Shown: positions 24,784 through 38,800, counted from the whole stretch's first letter. The stretch: 63,732 bases of DNA, filler included, from Octopus bimaculoides (GCF_001194135.2; 8 parts of 5 records of this genome joined end to end with filler, not necessarily neighbours in it), one strand, 5' to 3'. Translations and numbers: made by a program. Notes: generated by a model not told the origin, from the sequence alone.

Positions 24784-25352
24784 TGAACACTTTTATAATA
24801 TCATTTTGTTATTGTTTAATCTTGTATGACATGAAAGAGACGTTACAAAAAATAATTAAAAAAAAAGAAATAGACAAAGTAGAAAAAGCAGCAGCAGCAG
24901 TAGTTACAGAACAGGAAAAGTAGTACAAGATAAATAAAAAAAAAAAGAAGTGGGGCGAGGAAAAAGGTTATGTCTATTTTGGAATGTCATATTCTTTGCA
25001 TGAAAGATGGAAATTTTATTTCACAGATGTATAACGACCTGCAGACATGATTCACATGGGAATGATCATAGACATTTTTCTACTTGTTTGTCTTTGTCTG
25101 AAAGGAGAAAGCATGCTAAATATCAAGTTTTGTCTTCTATACATCACAACCAAATGTACATTTTGTTTCCATAAGCAAAATAACGACCCTGCCACTTATA
25201 TTAACTCTAAACTATAAACCTAACTTAAAACCAGGGGTGACATATTTATATATACATACATATATATATATACATGTATATGTATATATATATATGTGAT
25301 GATATATATATATATGTGATGATATATATATATACATATATATATATATATT

Positions 25353-25399
<47 letters not shown>

Positions 25400-25500
25400 N
25401 NNNNNNNNNNNNNNNNNNNNNNNNNNNNNNNNNNNNNNNNNNNTTAATTAATTAANNNNNNNNNNNNNNNNNNNNNNNNNNNNNNNNNNNNNNNNNNNNC

Positions 25501-25709
25501 CATTATCTTGTTTTTAGCATTGAGCTCTGTTTTTAGTATTGATCTAACTCGTCTATAGTACTCTTTCTTTATTTTTTCTTTCATTTGTGTATGTTGTATC
25601 CTATCTAGTTCATTGACTCCTAAATACTTATATGGTTGGCTTTCGTCTAGTTCTCTTATTTCATTGGCTTTATCTAGTGTTATATTGCTACTTTTAACTA
25701 ATTTTCCTC

Positions 25710-25710
<1 letters not shown>
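25501..25710 (-). mobile_element. R4/Dong-like RLE retrotransposon, RT C-terminal fragment, 5' junction at (AAT)n
   Basis: RGKLVKSSNITLD..IRELDESQPYKYLGV..IQHTQMKEKIKKEYYRRVRSILKTELNAKNKI; starts directly after an (AAT)n tract on the minus strand. Confidence 0.85.
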
Positions 25711-25774
<64 letters not shown>

Positions 25775-27201
25775 CTGGAGCGTGATATGATTTGCAATAA
25801 TTCTGGAACTGACATTTTATTGAATTGAACAACATTTCGGCAGCATTTCTGTTTTTCTCGACTTTAAAACGAGAAAATAATACGCAGAATTGCAGAAATT
25901 CAAAATTTTAAACTGGAATATCCTGCGTTCATTTTTAGAAAAACTGTTAACAAGGAAAAAGTAGAAGAACTTGAAAAAAAAAAAGGAAGAAAGCAAGAAA
26001 GAACATAGTCAGTCAAAATGATTTGTGTAAATATGATGGAATTCTCCTGTCATTTTTTTTATTCCAGTAGAGCGTGGCTTTAGTAATGCACAGGTATATC
26101 TATTCCTCATGTTTTGAGGACTGAAAGGGCAGTGAAATATTTTCTGAGAATGTGTACTTTCAGATGTTACTCAAAATTACAGCTGTTTTACGTAAAATTT
26201 CTGGCAATTTCCGTTGAATTACTGCTGATACCATACCCATGCCCATTGCATCTTTTGCTTCTTTTTTCTGATGTGCAACCAACATAAGGCAAGTTGTGTT
26301 TGGTGCATTCCACTGCGTGCACATAAATGAAATGCTAACAGATCCTACCTTCTATGAAAATTATAACACTTTTATAATTGTGATGGAGTTGACTTGATAC
26401 ATGTTTTGGCACAATGAACATGGCTTACGTCTCTCGCGGTTGTTTTCGGAGTAAAGCACTCATGAACTCCAATAGATTTTTAATTGGGAGTAAAAGTACT
26501 GTTTAATAGTCTACTTATACCTTTATTGCTTCGAAAGGTTTCAATATGCAGAAAAGTTCTTTAACACAGAACCAATATCACATTTAATTAAGAATTATTT
26601 TCTCTCCAAAGATTACTCGTGTGTACAAGTATATTGTTATAATTTTTGGTTTAAGATACAGCATATGTCTGAAATATTTATGTAGAATAAAAAAAATATA
26701 TATCTCAATCCCATTTTGACCTTTTCCCATCTATTTTATTTGTAAAATTAAGATCAGATTAAGTTTCAACAGGTTTTATTTTGTTCGGTTTTAGTGATGA
26801 GAAGCTTCAACATACCCTGTTTGGTAGCTTTTAATAAGCAAATTCAGGGCACGCATGTTTCTGTAATATAATATTGCAATGCCACATTTTTGTACATTTT
26901 ATGTGGAGATAGGGTTGAATCGGTCCATCACTTAGTTTATTTACACGTAAAGCAAATCAATGCGAGAAGTCCGACGGATTTCTTTACACACAACCCCACC
27001 ACACACACATGTAGTGAGCACACGCATGCATGTTTCGAAGCATATAATTTAGCTGCTGTGGCGAAACTCAGTAACTGTTTCATTTCTTATAAATTCATAT
27101 CTGGATATGTATGTATGCAATTTTATATGTCTATTTATGATATTTTCTTTAATGTCATGAATTATTTCATCGGTCCCCGTTTATTAGTACTGTTTACTGA
27201 T

Positions 27202-27585
27202 TGTTGGCACCCCATCGCTTACGACATCGTGGGTTCCAGTTGATCCGATCAACGGAACAGCCAGCTCGTGAAATTAACATGCAAGTGGCTGAGCACTCCA
27301 CAGACACGTGTACCCTTAACATAGTTCACGGGGATATTCAGCGTGATACAGTGTAACAAGGCTGACCCTTTGAATTAAAGGCACAACAGAAACATGAAGT
27401 AAGAGTGAGAGAAAGTTGTGGTGAAAGAGTACAGCAGGGTTCGCCACCATCAGCTGCCGGAGCCTCGTGGAACTTTAGGTGTTTTCGCTCAATAAACACT
27501 GACAACGCCCGGTCTGGGAATCGAAACCGCGATCTTGTGACCGCGAATCCGCTGCCCTAACCACTGGGCCATTGCGCCTCCACCC
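27202..27585 (-). mobile_element. Full-length tRNA-derived SINE family C with 13-bp TSD
   Basis: Head with A box TGGCCCAGTGG and B box GGTTTCGATTCC; ACTGTTTACTGAT at 27189-27201 and 27586-27598. Confidence 0.93.
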
Positions 27586-29577
27586 ACTGTTTACTGATAG
27601 GAAACTGGTAAAAGGCAAACTAGATACCTATGTGATTTGAGCTCACGAAGTGGATGGACAGGCTAAATAATCCACCTTATATGTTTCATTGCTTGAAACT
27701 GCCTATAAAATGAACAGCTTAGAATCATGTCACGTTGAAATTAAACAACGTTTGCTATATTTCACCAACCCTATTTGATTATTTGGAAAACATCGAAATA
27801 TATTTCAATGAAGTATAAAGGCCAGAACAAATATAATAAAATAAAATAAATAAAAACAAAAACATATACATTTTCCAAATTAGAATTACATTAAAAAATA
27901 TTATCTACAAAATTTGTTGTCAAATTATTTAAAATAAGTTCATAATATAAACATCAATGTCACATTAAAATATAATTCGCTACAATACAACTTCTCCGTT
28001 GTGGTTTGATGTCCTCTAATCATATTTTAGATTAAACTATAAAATTATCGATTTTGTGCATAGACGTAATGTCTCCCATTCATATGGGAAGACTAATCTT
28101 GTTTGTCGTTCATTTAGCTTGAAAGTAAAATCCGAATATTTAGCTTTTATTTTTATTTTGGACTGTGATTCTGGAGTATATAACTGTTTGAGTAGATTCT
28201 TTATGTGCGCACGGTAGTCTTTTTGTATTTGTTTAAAACCTATCTCAAATATATTAACAATTTGAACTGCAGCGTTCGTTTTATTTGCTTAAGAGTTAAA
28301 TTTAGGCTTCTTTTCAGTAGGCAACAAATATCCCTACTTTAGTTCAGGACGTATTATGAATTGAATCAATACTTTGTTGTAATGAGTTCATTTTGGGATT
28401 CAAATTGTGTATTTGTTTGAGAGGGAACACTTTTGCTCTAAACAAACTTAAAAACTATCATGAATTTTAATCCCAACCAAATGACATCACTGACTCTTTT
28501 GCCTATGTGAAAAAGAATCTTTCCTGACATTATTATTGCTGTTGTTGTTGAGCCTACGATGAATGCACGCTGTTTGAGAAAACTTATGATAAAAGACGAC
28601 GTATCAATTGTGACAATCGTACCAGTTTGTATATGAGTGATTACAATCCCCCTTGTATAGTTTTTAAGACGTTTGGATGTGATATGAAAGAAATCTGGTT
28701 GTTATATTTAACGCATAGAGCAACCGGGTGGAGACTCCTTCTGCTTCTTCTTTAAATACATTAATAAATTTATGTTAGGTAATTATACCATGTGGTAGCA
28801 AAACTGTTTTCTAAAACTGCAACGTCCTTAGAAAGTAGAATCCAGAAATGTATATAAATATTAAATATATTGTACAACTTTTTCTTGTAAAACAAAATAA
28901 CTGAATGAGAATGAATGTGGTGTAGCTCCTAGTTTGATGGATGTGATTTTATATCCACTGTAAGTATTTCATTCTTTCTCTGTTTCAGAGCTCACTAATT
29001 TATGTGTCTGTTTACCAAGTTAAAAAGAACTGAAAAACAGGTTATCCGATAAAAGTTCCTTTTTGTACTTTAGGATCCGTAAGGATGACAAGAAATAAAC
29101 ATCAGTTTTATAATGTGCATGCTGAATAGTATGGGTATATAGGAAGCGTGAAGCCTCAATCAAGTCGTTCTGACTACTAGAAAGAGGTGCGGAATCCCCC
29201 TGAAGTATCAATATACCGTCTTCAAAATAAAAAAGTTTACATCGGTTAATGTATACTCAAATCAGAGAAGACGATATGGACATGGGAACACAGCGCTGAG
29301 TATAGATTTTCACTGTAATTTCATCTTATATATACATATATATATATATATATANNNNNNNNNNNNNNNNNNNNNNNNNNNNNNNNNNNNNNNNNNNNNN
29401 NNNNNNNNNNNNNNNNNNNNNNNNNNNNNNNNNNNNNNNNNNNNNNNNNNNNNNNNNNNNNNNNNNNNNNNNNNNNNNNNNNNNNNNNNNNNNNNNNNNN
29501 NNNNNNNNNNNNNNNNNNNNNNNNNNNNNNNNNNNNNNNNNNNNNNNNNNNNNNNNNNNNNNNNNNNNNNNNNNNNN

Positions 29578-29630
<53 letters not shown>

Positions 29631-30392
29631 TACGCGCGCACACGCACACACGCATACGCGCGCGCACACACAACACGAATTTAGAGGGATATATTAACTT
29701 GGCGGGTACCGTGGTAGCTCTGTTATGTTCCAGGTTACCATTAACCGCATTGATTAGTAGTTAACGTCTATGTTGTCAGTCACATTGTAAATTCCTCCAA
29801 TGGGTAATTCCATGTTCGCTTCACTGGATTCTAATGTCTCGAATGTAAATTTGCAGTAATTATAACGATAAATAATATGGAGAATGGTGCATCATCAAAA
29901 TTAATCTCTTTTTATTTTACGTTATGACTTACAACATTGCTGTATGTCATACGGCAATGAACCAACAGACTCATACCCAAACGGACACACAGAAATATAT
30001 ACATTTGCACACAAATACACGCAAGCATATTCGTTCATATTCTGACATACGTATTCACTCATATATGCACATAAACACATGCAAACCAAACTGAAATACT
30101 GACATTAAATGGAACGTACCATTTGAAGCTTTTGAATTGGCCCCACTTCATGATTTACTTTCTAAATAATTCGACACGAGCTCTAAATTATTCGACACGG
30201 GCTGGGGTTTTTTTTTTTGCTTATCTTTTTTTTTTTGTATTATTGGAATGTCCATTCATTGTCTCCTTTGTTTCATAATGCTTAATTGTTTTTATGTTCA
30301 CAAATTCTGATGATCTGATCAAATAAATTTTCTCTTTTTCTCATTGGTAAACATAATATAATATAATATAATATAATATAATATAATAGTAT

Positions 30393-30422
30393 ATACTAGC
30401 TGGATCCGTGAAAAATTCACGG
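30393..30422 (+). mobile_element. Possible Helitron/Helentron-type terminus with hairpin
   Basis: atactagctggat then a perfect 7-bp stem CCGTGAA-AAA-TTCACGG (30406-30422); partner end not found. Confidence 0.35.
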
Positions 30423-31397
30423 AAAACATAAAGAATGTATAGAAATATTAATATTTTTAAGTCTCTCTAAATGAGACTGCGGCAGCAGTACTAGAAATTA
30501 ATAGTTATCGCCAAGCCAAGATGGCTGTCCTAAAAATAGGACGAATGCTGCCGTTGATTAGCCCCAAGAGGCTAGCGCCTCTAGCTAGCTATGTGACACA
30601 CGAATCTGTGTCCAATATAACCTTCGAACAGGGGAGGTCAGCCGCTTCCCCTTGCTAGTCTGGCATCTACAGACTAGTTTCGAGGTATTGCCTTTTATCA
30701 ATGTAGAGCATAATGTAAAAAACGTAAGCATCTGCAAACAGTGTACTGATGCCATGAGAAATGTTTGCATATTATGACTGTCTTTCTTTACGTTCTGAGT
30801 TCAAATTCTGCCGAGATCGCCTTTACCTTTCGTTCAGATATCACTTCAATGGTGAATTCTTCGCTTTTTTTTCCCAAGGCTAAGCCAGGGTTACTCAGAT
30901 CACCAAGCTACAATATACAGATACCAAAATTTCACCAGGATATTCACAAATACACACAGTTAATGAACACCAGTTCATTCAAGACCACATCTTCAGATTC
31001 CGAAATGACAAAATACTCGCACAAACTTCTCCAACATCTATCGTTCACTATATCAGCACCACTGTCTCGAACATTTAGGCAATTACCCTGAAGTTTAAGC
31101 CAATTAGCCCTTTTGACAGAACATTTACTAATCGTTATTGACGGTCCTAAGATGACCTGGCGCTATAAATTTAGCGCAGTTCATGCTGGTTTCGAAAGAA
31201 TTATACCATCCTAGGGACAAAGATATTTTGTTTTTAGAATAAAAGAGTTAGGATATTACAACTTAGGTGAATGGATTCATCTGGAGATTGTAATAGCGAT
31301 GTGATATGGACATAAAAATAAAACTCAAGTCTGTCTCGCGCATACATAGTCAATTGGCCGTAGATTTGTCCGGTTTCTCAGGCATATAAGTGACTTA

Positions 31398-32058
31398 GGA
31401 TCTATTTCAAAACGGGGGCACCAGTATTTTCTTAATGAAACACTAACGAAACACTTTGAAACTTGGGACACTGGTAGAATGTGTCATATAAAACATCTTT
31501 TACTCTTAGTCTTCTTAACAAAAAAACGTACATCGCAAGTTATTCCATGTTAAAGTTGTCGTATTTCTGTAATTTCAACCAATCACTGACGTCTATTCAG
31601 CTGAATAGAGTTACTGCTGGGCGGTCATAAAAATGTTATTCCCTGTGACATATTTCATCCGGTTTAATCGTAATTTATACGCATATATTGTTTACATAAT
31701 AAATTACGCTGTGCGTATCTATGTGTGTAACAATTTTAGAGTTCGGATTCTAGAGTTAGGGTTAGTTTTAGAGTTAGGGTTAGGGTTAACAGTCTAGTTA
31801 GGGTTAGGGTTAGGGTTAGGGGATTAATACGATATACACCGTTACAGCGCTAACTGTTTTCAACTGAATAGACGTCAGTGATTAGTAGAAATTATCGAAA
31901 TTAGGCAATTTTTTACATGAAATAAATTCGAATACAAAAATTTTTTTCTGTTCTATAACACAAAATAGATAAGTATACGAAGTTTGAAAGTCTTTCAGTA
32001 CCAAAAACACTACATAAAACATAAATGAAAACTGGTGCCCCCGTTTTGAAATAGATCC
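31398..32058. mobile_element. 661-bp non-autonomous DNA transposon, Merlin-like, with internal TTAGGG array
   Basis: Perfect 28-bp TIRs GGATCTATTTCAAAACGGGGGCACCAGT (31398-31425, 32031-32058); 8-bp TSD GTGACTTA (31390-31397, 32059-32066). Confidence 0.88.
31755..31821 (+). repeat. Degenerate interstitial (TTAGGG)n array inside the MITE
   Basis: ttagggttagttttagagttagggttagggttaacagtctagttagggttagggttagggttagggg. Confidence 0.9.
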
Positions 32059-32578
32059 GTGACTTAGGACGTGATTTGTCACACTGGGCGTTAAAAATTT
32101 CAGCTAAGCAGACTTCGACTTGTTCTATGAATCTCAGTTTTATAAATCAATATAATATTGATTTAAAGCCTCGTATTACATTGCACAGTCAGTTCGATCT
32201 GCCATATACATTACTGGATTTATTTAATCGAACTAACATGGATAAACGGTAAATTGAACTCTGAACGAAAAAAAGAGACAAGTACGTACCAACATTCCTG
32301 CCACTCCACCATCCTATAGATGAATAAACTATCTAATATTTATCATAGCTTTCGTTTACCAGATGAACAACAACTCTTTGACCCTATTACACCAACTATT
32401 CAAATCTCAGATCTTTTCAAATAAACTTTAAACAACTGCGATTACAACGATGATGGCAACGACTGTGAAAACTATCTTGTTTGCCTTAACAGTTCTTACG
32501 TTAGAATTCCAACACACTAAAAACAGCATTCGCGTATACGTCCAGTCCTTATTACATGAAAGCGTTTTAGAAACTTAC

Positions 32579-32716
32579 CGACCTTCCGATCTCTAAATGC
32601 AAAAGACTACAAACGTGACCTTTTCTTCGCGTAAAACATCAAGCAGCCGCAGTATCTCGTTGTGTAACAACATCAGAAAATGTCTAGCTAACGGTAACGA
32701 CAGTCGCCAATTTATA
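32579..32716 (-). promoter_or_regulatory. Candidate TATA box plus non-coding first exon ending in a GTAAGT donor
   Basis: Minus strand TATAAA at 32716-32711, about 130 bp upstream of GGTCG|gtaagt (exon end 32579), in non-repetitive sequence. Motif-only evidence. Confidence 0.25.
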
Positions 32717-33746
32717 CGAATAATGGAAAGAAGAAAGAACAAAGATCTTTTTGTTTCTCTCGGTTAGCAACCGATTTCTTTTATATGCTGCCAAACTCTT
32801 CTTTTGTTCATCAGAGTTAAATTCATACGATTTTAATTACAGTTAACACCTGGATGTCGCACATCTATTAATTCATAGTCGACAGTAACGATATTTTATT
32901 TACCACAATCAATCTTCACTGTATTCTTCAATTGTCTCTCGACAAAGCAGAATCTGGCATAACGTTTCCATTTCCCCCACCATCATCACTAGCATCGCCT
33001 CCGCCGCCGTCGCGCTGCCATCACCATGGCCACTCTAGCAAATATCAACCAAGCAAACATCCACCATCAGCATCCCTACCAGCATCATTATCCCCCACCC
33101 ACTATCATTTACACCCCCATCCCACCATCATTAACAACCTCACCCCCACCATCAACACCACCAAGTTATTGTTGTTGTTGTTGTTTCTTCTTCTTCTTCT
33201 TCTTCTTCTTTTTCTCTATTTCATTGGACATGATGTCGGTAATTAACATGAAATTAATTAATCAGACAGTATGTAGTTTTCTTTGGAATCATCTGCCTTA
33301 CTCAGTCAAAAACTATTTGTGTCTCCATTGTTCCTCTCTTGATTTTTCTATAAATGAATTGTGAGGTCAGTATTACCAATATTATGTTATGAGGCAAGAA
33401 ATTTCAGCTAATTAAAATTACCCGTGGGTTCAGCAGAAAGTATATGCTTAACGATCAAGTCTTGTCAGGAATTAAAGGTATTTAAAAATAAATATTCATT
33501 TTAATCTGTTTAATTTAGAATTACAAATTACGATGCATTGGTTTCGTTCTTGGTTAGACTAAACGACAAGGATCAATTAGATTTATGATCAAAAGACATT
33601 GCAGTCTTTTGCTTTTACATCATCCAGTCTACCCTTATTTGATTTGAAGGAGATTTCACTTCTATATCTGTTAGTCCAAAGAAACAGATACTGTATATAT
33701 CCTTATAATCTTATATGTATGTATGTTTCTATGTATCTATCTCTGT

Positions 33747-34119
33747 GTGGAGGTGAAATGGCCCAGTGGTTAGGGCAGCGGACTCGCAGTCATAGGATCG
33801 CGGTTTCGATTCTTAGACCGGGCGTTGTGAGTGTTTATTGAGCGAAAACACCTAAAGCTCCACGAGGCTCCGGCAGGGGATGGCGGCGAACCCTGCTGTA
33901 CTCTTTCACCACAACTTTCTCTCACTCTTACTTCCTATTTCTGTTGTGCCCGTAATTCAAAGGGTCAGCCTTATCACACTGTGTCACGCTGAATATCCCC
34001 AAGAAGGGTACACGTGTCTGTGGAGTGCTCAGTCACTTGCACTTTAATTTCACGAACAGGCTGTTCCGTTAATCGGATCAACTGGAACCCTCGACGTCGC
34101 AAGCGACGGAGTGCCAACG
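33747..34119 (+). mobile_element. Full-length SINE family C with 12-bp TSD
   Basis: Collinear with 27202-27585 in the opposite orientation; ATCTATCTCTGT at 33735-33746 and 34120-34131. Confidence 0.92.
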
Positions 34120-34126
34120 ATCTATC

Positions 34127-34171
<45 letters not shown>

Positions 34172-35235
34172 TCAATAAGAATACCGGATCTTTAAACCAA
34201 ATTTTTATTTTTAAATTATTAGATTGTATTAAAATGCGTATATTGCTTTCAAAATTATTTCAATAATAAATAAAAACTAAAATTTAAGATGAAAACTTAC
34301 AAGAGAGAAGATGCGTAATTAAAGTTTCCTAAGAAGAACCGTGCTCAAAAATCAGATCTTCAATAGACTTCATAGCAAAATCATATATGTGTATATATAT
34401 ATTTATGCATGCTTTAGCTATTTGCTTTTCGCATTATTTCTTTTCTCTGCATTTTTCACTTGCCTATTTTGAACCGTTCATCGTCGTTTGCTCATTGCTT
34501 CTACCTATGGTTTGAGAGAAATAGAGTGAGAGAGAGAAATACCAGTAAAAATAGAGGGAAACAATGCAGTTATATCATAAATCATCACAATGTTTCTGTG
34601 GAAATAGTATACTGGGTGTTTAATCTATTTGCCACACCTGCGTTGGCACTAAATCGTCTAAGAGACTCCTCAAAAGGCAGGGTAGATTTCTTCACAGCTG
34701 TATGGGGTGAATGTCTTTTATAAAATCACAACAAATCTGCAACAACCTAGAATTTCAATGCATGAGAACTACTCATTAAATAATATAAACATTGTCAGTT
34801 TTACTTCAGGTTAGTATTAATATTAAATAGCTCCTTACTATGAAGTCATTGAAAGTTAATGCTGAGATGCAGCGTTAAATGTAAATCGTTAGTGCGTGAT
34901 GTGATCAAAATTGAATGCATTATAAATATAGGAGCTGGAATAGCTTGCCTTCTTTTCTCCCACAAATGTTAACAGTCATTCAAGATGTCATACAAAATTG
35001 AGAATCTAAATTTAATGTGCTATAAAAATTAATATTGTAACAATTACTAACGTGTAAGGGAAACAGACTTTGGCTATTTTAATTGATAAATGAATGAATA
35101 TAATGATATTGGTGGCAAACTGAAACTGCTATAGAGAATCCTTCCAAATTGTAGTTATTTCTATTCTCGTGCGCGCTCTTACTGATTGTGCATAAACTTC
35201 AGAGGCAGAATTGGCTCCAATATGTTGGTCTCTGA

Positions 35236-35458
35236 ATGCAGTGAGCTGGTAGAATCGTTAGCACGCCAGGCAAAATGCTTAGCGGAATCTCGTCCGCCTT
35301 TAAGTTCTTAGTTTAAATTTTCCCGAGGTCGACTTCGCCTTTCATCATTTTGAGGTCGAAAAAAATAAATACCAGTTAAACACGGGGGGGGGGTCTAATT
35401 GACTTATCCACTAGTTCATCGAATTTGCTGGCCTTGTGCCAAAGTTTGAAACCAATAT
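35236..35458 (+). mobile_element. SINE family A, near full length
   Basis: gagctggtagaatcgttagcacgccaggcaaaatgcttagc...gaggtcgacttcgcctttcatc...ggccttgtgccaaagtttgaaacc. Confidence 0.85.
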
Positions 35459-36615
35459 GTTGACCTCTTAAAAGACGGCCAAGCACAGCAGAAGCGTTAA
35501 AGTATCGGAAAAAATTACTTGCGTTGTTTCTTTCCGCTGTTTACGCTTTGAATCCAAATCTTGCAGAAGGGAGGTTTGCTTCTCATCCTGTCGGAATCGA
35601 TAGAATAAAGTACCAGTGTTGAAGAACTCGTTTGAATGTCTCTCTCCAAATTGCTGGATTTGTGGTAAATTATTAATAATTTGGTTGATCTTTTAAATAC
35701 AAACGAAGTGTTTGACAGTTTCCGAAATCTCACATATACATATACATATGCATATATCCGACTGTATATATGTATATATATATATACACTCCACACACAA
35801 ACGTTTATATGAAATGTTGAATTCTAAAGTAGATGTATGACTAATGATTTTCTGGTAGTGAAGCAGTCAACTTAATCTAGCCTGCTACTTGATAAGTATA
35901 CAGCTTATCGAACTCTAGGAGGATAAAGTGCGAAGTGATCTTTATCTGAACCCAGAATACAAACTGCTGAAAACAAATATTACACGAACATAATTTCCAC
36001 TAACGTATCTCAACCCACATATCTATCACTAGCCAACCGTCATCGTTGTCTTTTATTCACACTCAGTTTACACATTGTAGAAATAGAATTATACTTTATA
36101 ATCTTATGGTAAATTTTAAACGCAAACATGAGACCATTTTTGGAATTTGGAGTCATGCAATTAATTATTAAAAAAAAAAGCCTACAACATTTCATGTTCA
36201 TTAAATTCAAATTCCAACCGCCCTACCGTGCTTTTCATCAATCCAGATTTGTTTTTGTGCTATCAAAATATAATTCGGGGAGTTCTTTTTGTTGTAATTT
36301 TACCTCTTACAGAATCGGCAATTGCATAGTTAAAATAAACATGTAATAAAAGATATGGTAATAGGAGATAATATTGAAAATTTATTTTTGTGTTCCCTTC
36401 ATCATTTTCGTAAAATATATCTCTCGTATACTTGCAAAATAAGAGCATATATTTGATTTGTACTAAAGATCCACTACTCTTTTAACATGAGAAATTTTAC
36501 TGTAGTAATTTTCAGAAAAGTTTTTGTCGTACATTCTTAAAGTTTTGAAATATTTGAAAACAATATGTATACAAACATCATAAATACACACATACATGCT
36601 TAACACAAACACACA

Positions 36616-36669
<54 letters not shown>

Positions 36670-37156
36670 NNNNNNNNNNNNNNNNNNNNNNNNNNNNNNN
36701 NNNNNNNNNNNNNNNNNNNNNNNNNNNNNNNNNNNNNNNNNNNNNNNNNNNNNNNNNNNNNNNNNNNNNNNNNNNNNNNNNNNNNNNNNNNNNNNNNNNN
36801 NNNNNNNNNNNNNNNNNNNNNNNNNNNNNNNNNNNNNNNNNNNNNNNNNNNNNNNNNNNNNNNNNNNNNNNNNNNNNNNNNNNNNNNNNNNNNNNNNNNN
36901 NNNNNNNNNNNNNNNNNNNNNNNNNNNNNNNNNNNNNNNNNNNNNNNNNNNNNNNNNNNNNNNNNNNNNNNNNNNNNNNNNNNNNNNNNNNNNNNNNNNN
37001 NNNNNNNNNNNNNNNNNNNNNNNNNNNNNNNNNNNNNNNNNNNNNNNNNNNNNNNNNNNNNNNNNNNNNNNNNNNNNNNNNNNNNNNNNNNNNNNNNNNN
37101 NNNNNNNNNNNNNNNNNNNNNNNNNNNNNNNNNNNNNNNNNNNNNNNNNNNNNNNN

Positions 37157-37197
<41 letters not shown>

Positions 37198-37235
37198 GTA
37201 TGAATGTGTGTTTGTGTATGTATCATGTATAAATA

Positions 37236-37850
37236 TACGAGGTCTGATCAATATGTATCCGGACTGTTGCCATAATAACGAAGCTAAAGCATTCACAGTG
37301 AAGCCGCTCGGCCTGGATTGACCTTGAACCGTGTTGTGCATGCGCAATAAGTTTCAACGTTCCAGCTCACTTCCGCTGTTTACAGCCAAGTTTGGAACGA
37401 ACGTATGTAGCTTGTGATCATCGAATTGACTATGACAGAGGAAGTTGTCATGGTGATAACTACTTAGTGACCTGCACAAAGTTGCAGAAAGTGTATGGAG
37501 AGGAGTGTATGAGTCGCACAAAAGTGTGCGAGGGGTTCAGATGTTTTCAAGATGGCCGTAAAAATGTTGATATTGACGAATGTTCTGAGAGACCTACGAC
37601 CAAAAAAACTGAGAAAAGCATCGCAGATGTGGGCGCAACTGTGAGGGGAATTCATCGAATCACCATCCGTGCGATTAGTTACGGTTCAGTTCAGTCCATT
37701 GTCACTGAAGATTTGGGTATGAGATACGAGTCCGCCAAGTTTGTGTCCAAACTGCTTTCGGCTGACCAAGAGGACACTCGCGTTTCATTTGCGCATGATC
37801 TCCTTGATTGTGTCGAGAACGATGTAAACATTATGAAAACTTTGCGTTAG
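37236..37850 (+). mobile_element. mariner element 5' half (TIR plus N-terminal HTH region)
   Basis: ta-cgaggtctgatcaatatgtatccggact terminus; KLQKVYGEECMSRTKVCEGFRCFQDGRKNVDIDECSERP..SYGSVQSIVTEDLGMR..KFVSKLLS; truncated before the catalytic domain. Confidence 0.85.
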
Positions 37851-38686
37851 ATAAAAGGAGAAACTGATGAAACGGATTTGGTTAATTTCTGCTCTATGGT
37901 ACCCGACATTAGTTTTTAATATATACTTTTTAACATAAACACCTTATTCAATGTTAGAAGGCTATAGTCAATTGAATCGAATAATAACTTTTTTAAACTC
38001 GGGACATTAAGAACCGTAAGTTAATATTGCAATCCACTTTGTTCAACACACTGCCAATTTACCGTCTTTAGACCTACAAGTATACTTGAATATTTTTTAT
38101 ATGAAATTCTACATATACATTTACTGGAACTACAATTTTGACTGATGTAATAACGAATCGGATGTTTCATAATACCTGAAATGGTTTACGGTATAAAATG
38201 AAGGTCAATGATAATGCCGCAAGAACATAAGAATAACAACAATAACGGCTATCACAATAAAAATAAATCCGACTACAATTTCAATTACGGTAACGACACC
38301 AATAAGATTATTTTTAGTATAAGAATAATATCGATAATTTACTACTACTACTACTACTACTGCTACTGCTGCTACTGCTGCTGCTACTGCTGCTGCTGCT
38401 GCTNNNNNNNNNNNNNNNNNNNNNNNNNNNNNNNNNNNNNNNNNNNNNNNNNNNNNNNNNNNNNNNNNNNNNNNNNNNNNNNNNNNNNNNNNNNNNNNNN
38501 NNNNNNNNNNNNNNNNNNNNNNNNNNNNNNNNNNNNNNNNNNNNNNNNNNNNNNNNNNNNNNNNNNNNNNNNNNNNNNNNNNNNNNNNNNNNTTACTACT
38601 ACTACTACTACTACTGCTACTGCTGCTACTGCTGCTGCTACTGCTGCTGCTGCTGCTGCTACGGACTATTATTATTTATTATCGTT

Positions 38687-38800
38687 GAGTGAGAGAGCAG
38701 TGCATGCCATTCAAGTGACACTGGGATACAAATATACGAAGCCATGTAAACTAGTATACACATCATGACCACCTATCTGATCAGGGTACATCAGTCACAT
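38687..38800 (-). mobile_element. 3' fragment of the (AAT)n-flanked non-coding element, copy 3
   Basis: gagtgagagagcagtgcatgccattcaagtgacactggg...catcatgaccacctatctgat is the reverse complement of the 3' end of 11545-12076; abuts an (ATT)n-like tract. Confidence 0.8.

Noticed and set aside
31755-31821. TTAGGG array as a true telomere or chromosome fusion scar
   Set aside because: Short, degenerate and enclosed within TIRs and a TSD, so it belongs to a transposon.
33747-33830. tRNA-like sequences with A and B boxes (also near 27500-27585 and 46240-46300)
   Set aside because: They are SINE heads followed by family bodies and TSDs; no complete cloverleaf, so not called tRNA genes.
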